A stretch of 64,000 nucleotides of DNA from Candidatus Cloacimonadales bacterium (GTDB lineage Bacteria; Cloacimonadota; Cloacimonadia; Cloacimonadales; JAIOQZ01), in the NCBI GenBank assembly GCA_963665815.1, contig OY762463.1, forward strand, positions 1,600,001 to 1,664,000. The letters are read 5' to 3'. The first letter of the stretch is position 1; every line of letters starts with the position of its first letter. Position numbers and translations under genes: made by a program. The notes beneath the pieces were generated by a model. It saw only the letters and a list, made by a program, of their open reading frames with translations, was not told where the DNA came from and ran no database searches. Positions 30,951-41,807 of this stretch are shown here, one piece after another.

Positions 30951-31334
30951 TTACTCCACATTAGATGCTTGTTTGTTAAATTCCTGATCAATTAACTCTA
31001 TCAATTCATTCCTGTTCAGATCAAGCGTAATCGCTTTTTTTACGAGTTCACTGACCTCTTCATCCCGAAACTGTTTACCTCGAATTTTAAGAAGTATGCG
31101 TTTTGCATCCGAGGATACATAAAAACCTATTCCCCGCTTCTTGAAAATGATTCCGGCGTCAGTTAATTCGCTGAATGCATTGGAAACAGTCTGAGGGTTG
31201 ATCTTGTACTGCTGAGCCAGAGTACGTATAGACGGAACTATACTGTTCTCAGGCAGAGCTCCGCTGAGGATTGACTTCTCAATCTCTTCTTTGAGCTGCA
31301 GATAAATTGGTATCGAACTATCGAATACTTTCAC
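30951..31334 (-). CDS. GntR family regulator, YtrA subfamily
   Basis: PIYLQL, PSIRTLA, INPQTV, RGIG; short C-terminal domain; precedes ABC genes. Confidence 0.92.
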   Translation of the reverse strand: MKVFDSSIPIYLQLKEEIEKSILSGALPENSIVPSIRTLAQQYKINPQTVSNAFSELTDAGIIFKKRGIGFYVSSDAKRILLKIRGKQFRDEEVSELVKKAITLDLNRNELIELIDQEFNKQASNVE

Positions 31335-31352
31335 TCGTTAACCTCTCTTTAG

Positions 31353-31392
31353 TGTTACGGTGATATAGTACACCATAACATTTATATGTCAA
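31353..31392 (-). promoter_or_regulatory. Promoter (TTGACA-N16-TACTAT) overlapped by palindromic putative GntR/YtrA operator
   Basis: TGTTACGGTG-N8-CACCATAACA inverted repeat (9/10 match) at 31353-31380. Confidence 0.7.
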
Positions 31393-31605
31393 GAAGTTTT
31401 TTTACAAGTTGCTACAAATTGAGAGAGAAGCCATTGTGTTTCCTATGCAGAATATCTCAGATATTTATATTAGATTAGTATATTCATGATGTATGTATGG
31501 TAATTGTGAGAAATAATTCCCTTGCCCCGGCAGTAACATTTCAACACAACATTACCGAATCCTCTATCTTCCATTAAATACCGCAAAGTCAGAACTTACG
31601 GATTC

Positions 31606-31842
31606 CTACAGTTCCCAGCCTTTGAGAAAGTCAATGATCTCCACAACAATGTCATTGTAATCCGGAGATGCATCAACTTGAATAAGCTTTTCATTATCTA
31701 CTGTTACTGTAGAATAATTGCAGAACCCCTCGAATGCTTCGATAATGTATCCGAAGTACACAAGTTCCTCTGATGGGACTTTGACGATATATCTGTCTAT
31801 ATCATCAACAAGCTTTTCGTGCGATTTAATCGTAATATTCAT
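31606..31842 (-). CDS. DUF4911-like small protein
   Basis: 'LVYFGYIIEAFEGFCNYST'; coupled to the lon stop. Confidence 0.65.
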   Translation of the reverse strand: MNITIKSHEKLVDDIDRYIVKVPSEELVYFGYIIEAFEGFCNYSTVTVDNEKLIQVDASPDYNDIVVEIIDFLKGWEL

Positions 31843-34160
31843 CAGCCTTTAATTAAGACCAGGTCAAGCACCTGATCTATCCTCCTCACTAACTCCACAT
31901 TTATACCCTTTAAAACTTCCGGTTTTATTTCACCGAGAATCGGTTTATTCTTTTCAGGAATAATTACGTTCTTAATACCTGCTCTGTTTGCAGCAATCAA
32001 TTTTTCTTCCAGTCCACCTATTGGCAGAACATCTCCGGATAGTGTAATCTCTCCTGTCATAGCATAAGTATGGTTAACCTTTCTCCCACTGAGACAGGAT
32101 ATCAAAGCTGTTGCAATAGTAATTCCCGCTGAAGGTCCGTCTTTAGGGATTGCTCCTTCAGGAATATGCAGGTGAATATCAAACTCTTTGTAGAAGTTCT
32201 CAGGCAAATCATAATCTTCGGCATGCAGTCGAGCATAGCTATAAGCTGCCTGTGCTGATTCCTGCATAACATCGCCCAGTTTACCGGTAAGTTTGATCTT
32301 CCCTTCGCCCTTCATTTTTATAACTTCTATCGTCAATGTTTCTCCACCAAAGGCTGTCCAGGCAAGTCCGGTAACGATACCCGGTTTACTTTCCTGATGA
32401 ACTTCTGAATCAAGAAACATTGGAACGCCAAGATACTTTTTCAGGTTTCCGGTAGAAATTGTTTTCTTACCACTAAACGGTTTTTCAACGTAAGCTCTCA
32501 CAGTTTTTCTTACAATTGTCGCAATTTTTCTTTCAAGTTCTCTCACACCTGCTTCACGAGTATATGAAGTTATGATATTCCGTATTGCAGGTTTCTGAAA
32601 GCTCAGTGAATAGTTTCCGTTAATACTATGCTCTTCTATTTGCTTAGGGATAAGATGCTGTGTTGCAATATTGAATTTTTCCAGAGATGTATACCCGGGG
32701 ATATGAATAACTTCCATTCTGTCGAGAAGCGGTTGAGGGATAGAAGACAATGAGTTAGCAGTTGTAATGAACAGCACATTACTTAAGTCATACCCAAAAT
32801 CCAGATAATGATCTCTGAACTGGTTATTCTGTTCAGAGTCCAGCACTTCAAGAAGAGCAGAAGACGGGTCTCCACGGAAATCTACACTCATTTTATCAAT
32901 CTCATCCATCATAATCAATGGATTCATTGTTCCGGCTTTTTTCATGCTCTGCATTATAATTCCCGGAAGAGCTCCTATATATGTTCTTCTATGTCCACGG
33001 ATCTCAGCCTCATCTCTTACTCCACCAAGAGAAAGTCTTATAAATTCACGTTTCAGCGATTTAGCAATTGATTTTCCGAGTGAGGTTTTACCCACTCCCG
33101 GAGGTCCTACAAAACAGAGAATCTGTCCTTTGGACTTCTTTGTCATTTTCAGTACAGCGAGATAGTCAAGAATTCTGTCCTTAACTTTCTCCAACCCGTA
33201 ATGGTCATTATCAAGAACTGCTTTTGCAGATTTCATCTCAAAATCATCATGCTCCGGTTCATTCCATGGAATATCAAAAAGCCAGCTCAAATAATTGAAA
33301 AGCACGGTATATTCCTGAGAATGGGTGGAGATTCTTGACATCTTTCTGATTTCTTCCTGAGCTTTTTTACGAGCCTCTTCATTAAGTGGAGTATTTTTCA
33401 ATTGCTCATTAAACTCAAGCAGATCGTCCGACTCTTCACTTGTAATTCCAAGCTCTTTATGTATGATTTTCAATTGCTCATTCAGATAATAATCTTTTTG
33501 CAATTTACTCAGTTTCGTTTTCACTTTTACATCTATTTTTTTCTCAAGTTTGAGAAGCTCTATTTCTTTATTAAGTATGTTATATATTTTTAATAATGCC
33601 CTGGAGAATTCTTCAATTTCAAAAACCTTCTGTTTTATCTTAATATCTACATCTGTATTAGCGAGCACAAAATAGAACAGCTCATCCAATTTCCTTATTT
33701 CCTGAAATGGAATCATAGATTCTTCGGGAATAGATTTGTTCAATTCTATATAATCAAGAAATGTCTTCTTAAATGTCCTGAATAAAGCCTCAGTTTCAGA
33801 ACTGATTGACCCGATAGAAAGTGGAAATTCAGTAACTTCAGCCTGCAGCATCCCTTTTTTTCGCTTAAATTTATCAATAAGCACCCTTGACTGCCCTTCA
33901 ATCAATGCCCTGATATTTCCATCCGGCATTCTGAAAATTTGCATAATTCTACAGATAGTTCCCATTCTGTATAAATCAGATGCTTTAGGATCGTCTTCCA
34001 GTTCAGCATTACCTTTCTGAGATATACATAAAATTTCTTTATTCGAAGTATAGGATGTTTCAAGAGCTTCCAGTGATGCAGGTCTGCCAACCAGAATTGG
34101 TGTTATAACATATGGCACCATCATGGCATTTCTTAAGGGTATAACAGGATAAGTGGACAT
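31842..34160 (-). CDS. lon: Lon protease
   Basis: [33 protein letters not shown]. Confidence 0.98.
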   Translation of the reverse strand: MSTYPVIPLRNAMMVPYVITPILVGRPASLEALETSYTSNKEILCISQKGNAELEDDPKASDLYRMGTICRIMQIFRMPDGNIRALIEGQSRVLIDKFKRKKGMLQAEVTEFPLSIGSISSETEALFRTFKKTFLDYIELNKSIPEESMIPFQEIRKLDELFYFVLANTDVDIKIKQKVFEIEEFSRALLKIYNILNKEIELLKLEKKIDVKVKTKLSKLQKDYYLNEQLKIIHKELGITSEESDDLLEFNEQLKNTPLNEEARKKAQEEIRKMSRISTHSQEYTVLFNYLSWLFDIPWNEPEHDDFEMKSAKAVLDNDHYGLEKVKDRILDYLAVLKMTKKSKGQILCFVGPPGVGKTSLGKSIAKSLKREFIRLSLGGVRDEAEIRGHRRTYIGALPGIIMQSMKKAGTMNPLIMMDEIDKMSVDFRGDPSSALLEVLDSEQNNQFRDHYLDFGYDLSNVLFITTANSLSSIPQPLLDRMEVIHIPGYTSLEKFNIATQHLIPKQIEEHSINGNYSLSFQKPAIRNIITSYTREAGVRELERKIATIVRKTVRAYVEKPFSGKKTISTGNLKKYLGVPMFLDSEVHQESKPGIVTGLAWTAFGGETLTIEVIKMKGEGKIKLTGKLGDVMQESAQAAYSYARLHAEDYDLPENFYKEFDIHLHIPEGAIPKDGPSAGITIATALISCLSGRKVNHTYAMTGEITLSGDVLPIGGLEEKLIAANRAGIKNVIIPEKNKPILGEIKPEVLKGINVELVRRIDQVLDLVLIKG

Positions 34161-34272
34161 TAATTCTCCTTCAGTAATCTCAAAATATATAAACTTATGA
34201 TAAGTTATTTTACATGTACTATCAAAACAAACAAATATTTTTTGTCAATGTCTTCATGTATTTAGAAGTATT

Positions 34273-35301
34273 TTACTTGTTTACTGACTTCTCAGAGAAA
34301 GTTAACTTAACACCTTCCCCACAGTTTCTGCACATTTTTATTGCAGATCTGTTCGTCAGAATGGTATTCCTCATTTTCTGGAATTTTTCGTTCTTAAAAA
34401 TAGATTTTACGGAATTTGTTTTTACATTGCCAACAGGATAATCAATATCTTTGTCGAAACAACAGACTGCCATTTCCCCATTCCAGTTTATCACAGGCTG
34501 ATCCCAGATTCTGCGGCAGCGATTCTTAATACCAAACTTCAACTCAAAATCATCACCTGAAATCTTGTAACGTCTGTATTTGGGGTTTTCCGGTAGAAAA
34601 TTCTTGATGTCATCTTTTTCATAAATCTGAACTGTCTTCAACGAAAGTGAATCTACTCCCAATTCCTTAGCCAGATTACGAATTGACTCTATTTCATGTT
34701 CATTATGTTTCATTACAATAAACTGCCAGAGAATTTTAGGGAATATTGACTTCTTCTTCTTCTTTGCTTCAACAAGCTTCCTGACATTCTCTTTAACCTT
34801 ATCAATTTCACCATTGATGCGGTACTGATTATATGTTTCCTGAGAAGCTCCATCAAGAGATACAATAAGTCTATCAAGTCCTGAATCCACTATTTCCTCA
34901 GCAGGTGGCAGAATGTTAGCATTCGTGGAAACCAATGTATACAGACGCTTAGAGTGTGCATATTTGATCATCTTCACCATGTCTTTATTCAGGAAAGGTT
35001 CTCCCTGATTCCACAAAATCAGCATAAAAGCATATTCGGAAACTTCATCTATCACCTTTTTATACAATTCAAAATCCATGTATCCCTTTGCCCTTTTGAG
35101 GGTTCCGTTTCCGGAAGGACACATAGGACACCGAAGATTACAAATATTGGTCGGTTCAATCATTATAACACCGGGCATTCCCCATACGTATGCCTTTCGG
35201 GTTAAAATCGAAAAACCGTAAGATGCATATTTAAGCAGAGAATTGAACAATCTTTTCCAGGTGAAAATTCTAAAAAAAACATTTATCTTTCTTTTAAGCA
35301 T
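34273..35301 (-). CDS. Radical SAM protein with SPASM/twitch domain
   Basis: CNLRCPMC, GEP, C-terminal C..CC.D...C..C. Confidence 0.9.
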   Translation of the reverse strand: MLKRKINVFFRIFTWKRLFNSLLKYASYGFSILTRKAYVWGMPGVIMIEPTNICNLRCPMCPSGNGTLKRAKGYMDFELYKKVIDEVSEYAFMLILWNQGEPFLNKDMVKMIKYAHSKRLYTLVSTNANILPPAEEIVDSGLDRLIVSLDGASQETYNQYRINGEIDKVKENVRKLVEAKKKKKSIFPKILWQFIVMKHNEHEIESIRNLAKELGVDSLSLKTVQIYEKDDIKNFLPENPKYRRYKISGDDFELKFGIKNRCRRIWDQPVINWNGEMAVCCFDKDIDYPVGNVKTNSVKSIFKNEKFQKMRNTILTNRSAIKMCRNCGEGVKLTFSEKSVNK

Positions 35302-35309
35302 AGCTTCCT

Positions 35310-37244
35310 CTATTGAGTTTTCCTTTCTTCATTTTTTACAATCAGCATTTCCAGTAAGAACAACCCAAGAACAATCAGGACAATAATTCTCCATAATTCA
35401 TAACCATATCTGGTATGCAGAACATTGTTAAACCAGTCATTTTCCAAGACATTAAGATTCTTTATCCGTAATGAGTCGACCGGTATATATGTACTCTCTT
35501 TCTTATCAATATTTACAGCAATTTTGTCTGTTCTATCTCCATTAAGGCTATATATTCCGGATTCTTTAAGAATCAGTTCTCGTTCAGTCATTATGTTACC
35601 GTCAGGTAGAATAACTGAATTGACTCCCCGTAGCTTATCTCCTACAAGATACCTTTCAGAAGCAAAGGCTTCCTGATTCTGCATTTGAGCAGCACGGAAC
35701 AACAGTACAGGGAATACTTTATCGTAAACAAGTGTGTTATTGGTATTACTGAAGTCTATCAACCACAGAATACTGTTATTTCTTTCCAGAATAAGAGGTT
35801 TAGAATTTCCTCCTGCCAGCACAGTTGTATTACTCGATCTGGCATCAAAATATCCATATACAGAATGTTCTTCTTTATCCTCGTCCAATATCTTTGTTAT
35901 CTCATGATAATTATTGAACTCCGTAATTATTATCTCTTCGTTCACATAGTCGTTTATGTTGACAGAAAAAATATCTGCAAGATCAGATTTCCATTGTTGA
36001 TCAAGCTGTTCACTGGCAAAGAACATGAAGTTCCTGCCGGTGTTATTCATCTCTCTGAGCAATGCTGAAAGCTTGGTAGAGTATGCCGGATTATAGAGAA
36101 CAACAACATCATAAGCTGTCATTGACTTAAGATTTTCTGTATTTACATTTTTCAAGTATCTTACATTCTCTCTGCTTCCGGAATATATGTTCAGAATAGT
36201 CCTTACTGGCAATGGGACATCTTTCTCGGATCTGCATATTACTGCAATATCCTGTTTCATTTTGTTATAATATGAGAAATATGCCTTGTTATCAAACGAT
36301 AGTCGTTCATCATCAACTTCTATATAACCGTTGTACCAGCCATTTCTTTCAAATCTGACAGGTAGAGAAAGCTCTCTTGTCTGTCCTGCTTTAAGGGAAA
36401 CACTTCGTTCCTGAACTGTCTGTTCATTAACAATCAATCTGTATATCTGATCTTCAACATCCTGAGAAGAATGGTTTGTCATACTGAAAACAACTTCTTT
36501 CTGTTGATTTCTATCAACATACCTGTAACTGATGTGAGCATTACTACAGCTTATATTGCGTATACTTTCCATATCTGAGATTCTAACAAAATTTACAGGA
36601 ATGTCTGAAACCATATTCTCCGAGTAAACATAATTCTGCATATCCGTGAAAACAACAATCTCCTTGTTAGGCAGATGAATCTTATCTAAGAGATAGTAAG
36701 CCTTATCGAGAACTTCATTGAAATCCATGATATCAGAAACAGGTTGGACGGATTCCAGAGTCTTCTTATTAACTTTTCCCTGTGTCATATCTGAGATAAA
36801 TCCGTTGTATCCCGAATCAAATGTCAGGACTGCACAATAATCCTGAGATGTCAGAATACTGTTTATTTTTTGAGCATTTTCTTTTGCTCTTTCAAGATTT
36901 GTTATTTCCGACTCCAGATAATCCATAGAATATGAGTTATCAATAATCATTACAATAGCTGTCGGGGGATGTTTGTCCGAAGCCTTAAATATTCTGTGTC
37001 TGACAGCCGGTCGGGCAATAGCGAGAACACTTAGAACAATAATCAGAATCCTTATAATAAGCAGAATAATATTCTTGATTGTAACTCTTTTGGTCTGCTG
37101 TTTCGTTATCTGCTTGAGAAACATCAATGAACTGAAAACCAGCTTATCAGGTCTTCTTTTAGCAAACAGATAAATCAGAATTGGAACAACTGCCGTAGAA
37201 AGCAGTGCAAGAAATCCTGAGTTTAAGAATGACAGTTGAAACAT
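35310..37244 (-). CDS. BatA-domain/VWA membrane protein
   Basis: N-terminal 'F.N...VPILIYL...FSSL.FL', ARP, DNSYSM, C-terminal TM helix. Confidence 0.8.
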   Translation of the reverse strand: MFQLSFLNSGFLALLSTAVVPILIYLFAKRRPDKLVFSSLMFLKQITKQQTKRVTIKNIILLIIRILIIVLSVLAIARPAVRHRIFKASDKHPPTAIVMIIDNSYSMDYLESEITNLERAKENAQKINSILTSQDYCAVLTFDSGYNGFISDMTQGKVNKKTLESVQPVSDIMDFNEVLDKAYYLLDKIHLPNKEIVVFTDMQNYVYSENMVSDIPVNFVRISDMESIRNISCSNAHISYRYVDRNQQKEVVFSMTNHSSQDVEDQIYRLIVNEQTVQERSVSLKAGQTRELSLPVRFERNGWYNGYIEVDDERLSFDNKAYFSYYNKMKQDIAVICRSEKDVPLPVRTILNIYSGSRENVRYLKNVNTENLKSMTAYDVVVLYNPAYSTKLSALLREMNNTGRNFMFFASEQLDQQWKSDLADIFSVNINDYVNEEIIITEFNNYHEITKILDEDKEEHSVYGYFDARSSNTTVLAGGNSKPLILERNNSILWLIDFSNTNNTLVYDKVFPVLLFRAAQMQNQEAFASERYLVGDKLRGVNSVILPDGNIMTERELILKESGIYSLNGDRTDKIAVNIDKKESTYIPVDSLRIKNLNVLENDWFNNVLHTRYGYELWRIIVLIVLGLFLLEMLIVKNEERKTQ

Positions 37245-37255
37245 TCAGTCTCCGT

Positions 37256-38263
37256 TTATTCACCGAAAGATATTGTAAGCAGATACTTAGCAGTATCAAT
37301 ATTCAGATCATTCACAACCATTGCAAACTCAAAATTTATCTTATCATAACTATATGTTGAACCCATTGTGACATATATGTCTTTCTGTGAAGAAAAATCT
37401 CTGCTGAAAACGCCTGTTCTCACACTTGAATTCTTTCTTGAACTTCCCAGAATTGAATAATTTCTGACTATTCCAAAATGATATGTCTGCTTCATGCTCT
37501 TCCTGACATACCCGGTAACAGTTGAGATAAAAGCACCTTCTTCATTGCCATATTGATTACCAAAGGCAAAACGCTGTTTTAGAGTCACATTCCCACTCTT
37601 CTTCCAGTACAATTGAGATACAATGTCATAAACAACAAGTCCGGATGAATAGTTCCCTGATTTATATAAAAAACCCAGATCAGTAGAAAATCCGTGAACT
37701 CTGTCATCAATAAAGTCCTCATTAATAATCACATCGCTTGTAACATCATCTTTCTTGTATATCAGACGTCCAAACATATACTTGAAATTCAGTCCGAAAG
37801 AAGCTCCTTTTCTTTTTTCAGCGTAAGTAAATCCAACTGAATTCAATGTATAGGAACTGTAATCAGTGTATGTTTTGCCAGAATCGCTGTATGTGTTTGT
37901 CTCAGATAAATCTGCAAGAGGCTGAATAGAGATAGCTCCCTGTTTGGCAACAGCATTTGCATATACAAACTGGCTTCTTTTTAGTTTATTCGAGTTTTCA
38001 ATAAGAAGTCCGGTGTTTTCATTACTGCTGTTTCTCATCTGATAGGATACTGAAGCCTTCATACTGTTTAGATATGCAAGTATCGCAGGATTATTATATT
38101 CAGGAGCAGAACAACCTCTATAAGTAACATTGCTTCCGCCAAGGCTTAATGAAATTGCAGACACCTGCTTTTCCGGTAAATGATACTCATAACGTCTTAT
38201 AGGAAATGCCGCAAGTTGAATCCCAACAAGCAATAATATAAATAATGATATAATTCTTTTCAT
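37256..38263 (-). CDS. Putative outer-membrane beta-barrel protein (PorV/FadL-like)
   Basis: Signal peptide, 'SLGG...YNNPA.LA', alternating beta strands, 'DLGFLY'. Confidence 0.55.
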   Translation of the reverse strand: MKRIISLFILLLVGIQLAAFPIRRYEYHLPEKQVSAISLSLGGSNVTYRGCSAPEYNNPAILAYLNSMKASVSYQMRNSSNENTGLLIENSNKLKRSQFVYANAVAKQGAISIQPLADLSETNTYSDSGKTYTDYSSYTLNSVGFTYAEKRKGASFGLNFKYMFGRLIYKKDDVTSDVIINEDFIDDRVHGFSTDLGFLYKSGNYSSGLVVYDIVSQLYWKKSGNVTLKQRFAFGNQYGNEEGAFISTVTGYVRKSMKQTYHFGIVRNYSILGSSRKNSSVRTGVFSRDFSSQKDIYVTMGSTYSYDKINFEFAMVVNDLNIDTAKYLLTISFGE

Positions 38264-38280
38264 AATTTCTCTTTTGTTAA

Positions 38281-38970
38281 TTATTTTGAGTAATCTCTGA
38301 CTCCGAATATTGCTGAGCCAATCCTGATTATGTTAGCACCTTCTTCAATTGCAATTTCGAAATCCCCGCTCATACCCATCGATAAGTATTTGAACTTAAC
38401 TCCTGGAAGTTTTTCTGCTTCATCATAAAGCTTTTTCAGCTTTCTAAAACATTCCCTGATAATATCTTCATCTGAGATAAACATCCCGATTGTCATCAGA
38501 CCACGAATTCTGATATTTGAGAAACAAGCTGCCTGCTTCAGGAATTCTATTGTTTCATTCGGTTCTATTCCTGATTTTGACGCTTCTCCTGATGTATTTA
38601 CCTGTACCAGTATATCCTGTACAATTCCCATTTCCTGAGCAACATTATTCAGCTTTTTTATTGTAGATAACTTATCGAGAGAATGAATCAGTGTTGGCTT
38701 AAGCTCCATCAGTTTTCTTATTTTGTTAGACTGTAAATGTCCTATGAAATGAAACTCATCTATTTCATCCTGAAGTTCCGGGATCTTTGTCAGAGACTCC
38801 TGAATTTTATTCTCAGCTATGCAGGTTAACCCATTTTTTATACCTTCTCTTATAGTCTCAACATCATGCGTTTTAGTTACTGCAAGCAGTAAAATTTCAT
38901 CTGCTGATCTGTTGCAGGCGTCTGCTGCATCAGCAATTTTTTTCCTTATAAAATCAATTCTTTCTTTCAT
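38281..38970 (-). CDS. yggS: PLP homeostasis protein YggS
   Basis: LAVTKT, ENKIQE, HFIGHLQSNK, LSMGMSGD, RIGSAIFG. Confidence 0.96.
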   Translation of the reverse strand: MKERIDFIRKKIADAADACNRSADEILLLAVTKTHDVETIREGIKNGLTCIAENKIQESLTKIPELQDEIDEFHFIGHLQSNKIRKLMELKPTLIHSLDKLSTIKKLNNVAQEMGIVQDILVQVNTSGEASKSGIEPNETIEFLKQAACFSNIRIRGLMTIGMFISDEDIIRECFRKLKKLYDEAEKLPGVKFKYLSMGMSGDFEIAIEEGANIIRIGSAIFGVRDYSK

Positions 38971-39393
38971 TTATATAACTCCACGAGATCTTTGCATAAT
39001 TGGAGTAGTTGACTCGATATTATTTATCCATAGTGAGACTGTTATGTTATAATATTCCATAAGCTCATCTATAGCTTTTAAGTTTACTTTATTATATCAA
39101 AACTGTTTGATTCTGCTATTATGCAAAGCTATCTCCACTTCAAAAAAGTAAAAAGCAGGCGTTCAGACTATGTGTCAAGCTTAATTCATTGATTAGTTAA
39201 TATACACATAAAAATCATGGAATGCAATTGTATTAACGTAATAATATTCTAGAGTGTTACATCACATTTACAGATGTATTACTAATGCCGGCATATTAAA
39301 ACTTGATGAATTGATAATGTCGGCTGTTTTATTATGACAATTTTATTAAATACTCAGTTCAGAACTCATGAAGCAAGCTTAAAACAAACATGT

Positions 39394-40809
39394 TCAATCC
39401 TTTGTAACCTGATTCTTAACATAATATTCCTCAAGTACATGCTGTCCAACTTGCTTAAGTAAAAAAATGTAAACCTTTAGAAGATTTTCAATCTGCTTTC
39501 TGAATTTTAAACATTCATAAATATTGTTTTTAAAACTTCCATCTGAGGCAAAATTGATATAACAGGAAGAACATAAATATCTTGCCCAGCAATTAGCACA
39601 TGTTTTCTCTCTGAACTCAATCCATTTATTAACAATAACTGACATTCCCTGATAATCCAGTCCATCTTCAACAGAACCTATTTTAAAATCATGATCTATC
39701 TTCTCACAAATGTAATATGATCCCTCAGATGAAACAAAAAGCTTCTGATTTCCAGGAACACATGTTTTATAGCTTATGTACTCACCATACTCACGCTTAT
39801 GAATAAAAGAAAGTGAATCCATAAAAATATGATTATCCAAAGACATATCTCCGCTTTTCAGACCTTGCACTAAGTCAAAGATTTCGGAGTTACCTTTTAC
39901 ACTATCCATGTCACTGTTAAGAAAATACTCGGTATAATACTGCTTTCTCTCATCATGTGTTGGATGCATTCTGGATATTCTCAGATTCAATTTAAGATTC
40001 TTTCGTAAATCAACAAGTTTGTTGTATTCATCTAAATTTGTAACAGTAGCCAACAATAGAATATTCTGACTATGCTTATCGATTTTACTTTTGATTAACT
40101 CAATATTTCGCTCTACTATATTGTATGTGAATGTTCCGTTAGCATGGACTCTATGTTTATCATGAATCTCTTTCAACCCATCAAAACTTATTGAAATGTT
40201 AAATGCATGCTTTACTAAATATTCAATGTTCTCTGAATCAAGTAGATATCCATTTGTTGTTATTGCATATCTAATGTTAAGATTTAAAGTGCTGCAATAC
40301 TGTACAATCTTTTCTATCAGATCCATATTAAGTAAAGGTTCTCCCCCATAAAATCCTACAAGAAGGTCTTTTCTACCGTTCTTTAAGCAAATCTCGTATA
40401 CTTTTTGAATCGCAGCAATCGCTATTTCATAGGTCATTACTTTGCTGGAATGTTTTCTCAATTTATTTTCTTCGTAAGAACCACCATAAATACAATAAGA
40501 ACATCTGAAATTGCAGTTTTCTGTAATACAAAGAGTTATCGCTTCAGGGCAAATACTCTCAGCATTTACTTCAGGTTTAAAGTACACTGCATCCTTATCA
40601 TCGATACTACTTAACAGAGTTTGAAAATCATTGTAAATTTCTCTCGCATTCCTGAATATCCCTATATATCTTTCGACATAGTCTTCCCCAGACATTGATA
40701 TCAAGCTATTCAATGTTTTATACACCACTTCATTAATTCTGACCATTTGTCCTGTTACATCAATATAAATGTAAAACTCATTCTCAAACTTGAATTTCTT
40801 AATATTCAT
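39394..40809 (-). CDS. Radical SAM/SPASM peptide maturase (CcpM / GG-Bacteroidales-like) with putative N-terminal RRE
   Basis: CNFRCSYC, FYGGEPLLN, TTNG, SFDG, SPASM 'CVPG..KLFV...G.YYICEK...CANCWARYLCSSC...C'; about 90-aa N-terminal extension. Confidence 0.88.
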   Translation of the reverse strand: MNIKKFKFENEFYIYIDVTGQMVRINEVVYKTLNSLISMSGEDYVERYIGIFRNAREIYNDFQTLLSSIDDKDAVYFKPEVNAESICPEAITLCITENCNFRCSYCIYGGSYEENKLRKHSSKVMTYEIAIAAIQKVYEICLKNGRKDLLVGFYGGEPLLNMDLIEKIVQYCSTLNLNIRYAITTNGYLLDSENIEYLVKHAFNISISFDGLKEIHDKHRVHANGTFTYNIVERNIELIKSKIDKHSQNILLLATVTNLDEYNKLVDLRKNLKLNLRISRMHPTHDERKQYYTEYFLNSDMDSVKGNSEIFDLVQGLKSGDMSLDNHIFMDSLSFIHKREYGEYISYKTCVPGNQKLFVSSEGSYYICEKIDHDFKIGSVEDGLDYQGMSVIVNKWIEFREKTCANCWARYLCSSCYINFASDGSFKNNIYECLKFRKQIENLLKVYIFLLKQVGQHVLEEYYVKNQVTKD

Positions 40810-41789
40810 TACCGGCTCAACCTGAATTTATAATAATTCTGTGAACCAGAATCTTGAATATGAACAAATTTGTCATCCACAATCATTGTATTCATAACAG
40901 TATAAATATTATCGGGAATCTTCCAGAATTGAATAAGATTAAAATTACTGTCATATTTACAGAGATACTCTCGAATCTCGAAAGCAGCTTTTATCTGCGA
41001 AGAACTTGAGTTTTTGTAATCTATTTTTGCATCAGTATTTCCCATAAACGTATGAATCACAAATATCTCATTATCAGAAGAATCGATGTTCAACACATAA
41101 GACTTCTCTGTTGGAAGATTGTCTGAAAACAAATTCTCAACTGAAATTAGCTCGTTTTTAACTTCATCATACATATAGATGTTTGATTTGTACTGAGTAA
41201 ATGCTAAATAATATTTTCCATTAGATTTCAACAATGAATTTTCTCTTTCCGTTCTTTCTATACCTATGTCATCGAATAACTTACTAAGGTCAATCCTTTG
41301 CTTTACTGAATCATTTTCTATGTTGAAGTACTTGCAGCCTGGGAGAGCATAGAATTGGGAGAAAGACACTTTGCCTTCATCCAGATATAAATCTGAAGGC
41401 AATACAGCTTTCATTGAAGAAAGAAATTCACCTTCTATGCTAAAGGTTGAGATTCTATTACTACCAATATCCGATACCAGTAAATTATCTCCAACAACAA
41501 GTATTTTCCCATTTAAAGACAATTCTCCGGGACCTTTACCTTCTTTACCAATCTTGTGAATAAATGAATAATCCTCTGAACTATATACATATACTGAGTG
41601 AGATGTATCATAGAAGAAAATCTTCCCGTCACTATATTCTACATCGAAAAATCCCATATTCATTTCACAATTTTCCTGCCATCCTAATGAATCTGCAACG
41701 GTTAAAGAACCTTCTTTCAATCGTGAGCTACATCCGAAAATTAACAGAGATAACAAAATAGATAAGACAATAATTCTTTCTTTAAACAT
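40809..41789 (-). CDS. Lipoprotein, 6-bladed beta-propeller (TolB/NHL-like)
   Basis: Lipobox IFGC, 'IGKEGKGPGEL' motif; TAATG overlap with the rSAM start. Confidence 0.8.
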   Translation of the reverse strand: MFKERIIVLSILLSLLIFGCSSRLKEGSLTVADSLGWQENCEMNMGFFDVEYSDGKIFFYDTSHSVYVYSSEDYSFIHKIGKEGKGPGELSLNGKILVVGDNLLVSDIGSNRISTFSIEGEFLSSMKAVLPSDLYLDEGKVSFSQFYALPGCKYFNIENDSVKQRIDLSKLFDDIGIERTERENSLLKSNGKYYLAFTQYKSNIYMYDEVKNELISVENLFSDNLPTEKSYVLNIDSSDNEIFVIHTFMGNTDAKIDYKNSSSSQIKAAFEIREYLCKYDSNFNLIQFWKIPDNIYTVMNTMIVDDKFVHIQDSGSQNYYKFRLSR

Positions 41790-41807
41790 ATAAACTCCAA
41801 TTCATAG

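Noticed and set aside
38971-39060. 29-aa ORF MEYYNITVSLWINNIESTTPIMQRSRGVI downstream of the rSAM as a second precursor
   Set aside because: No convincing SD and no similarity to the 56-aa peptide; likely the yggS upstream region
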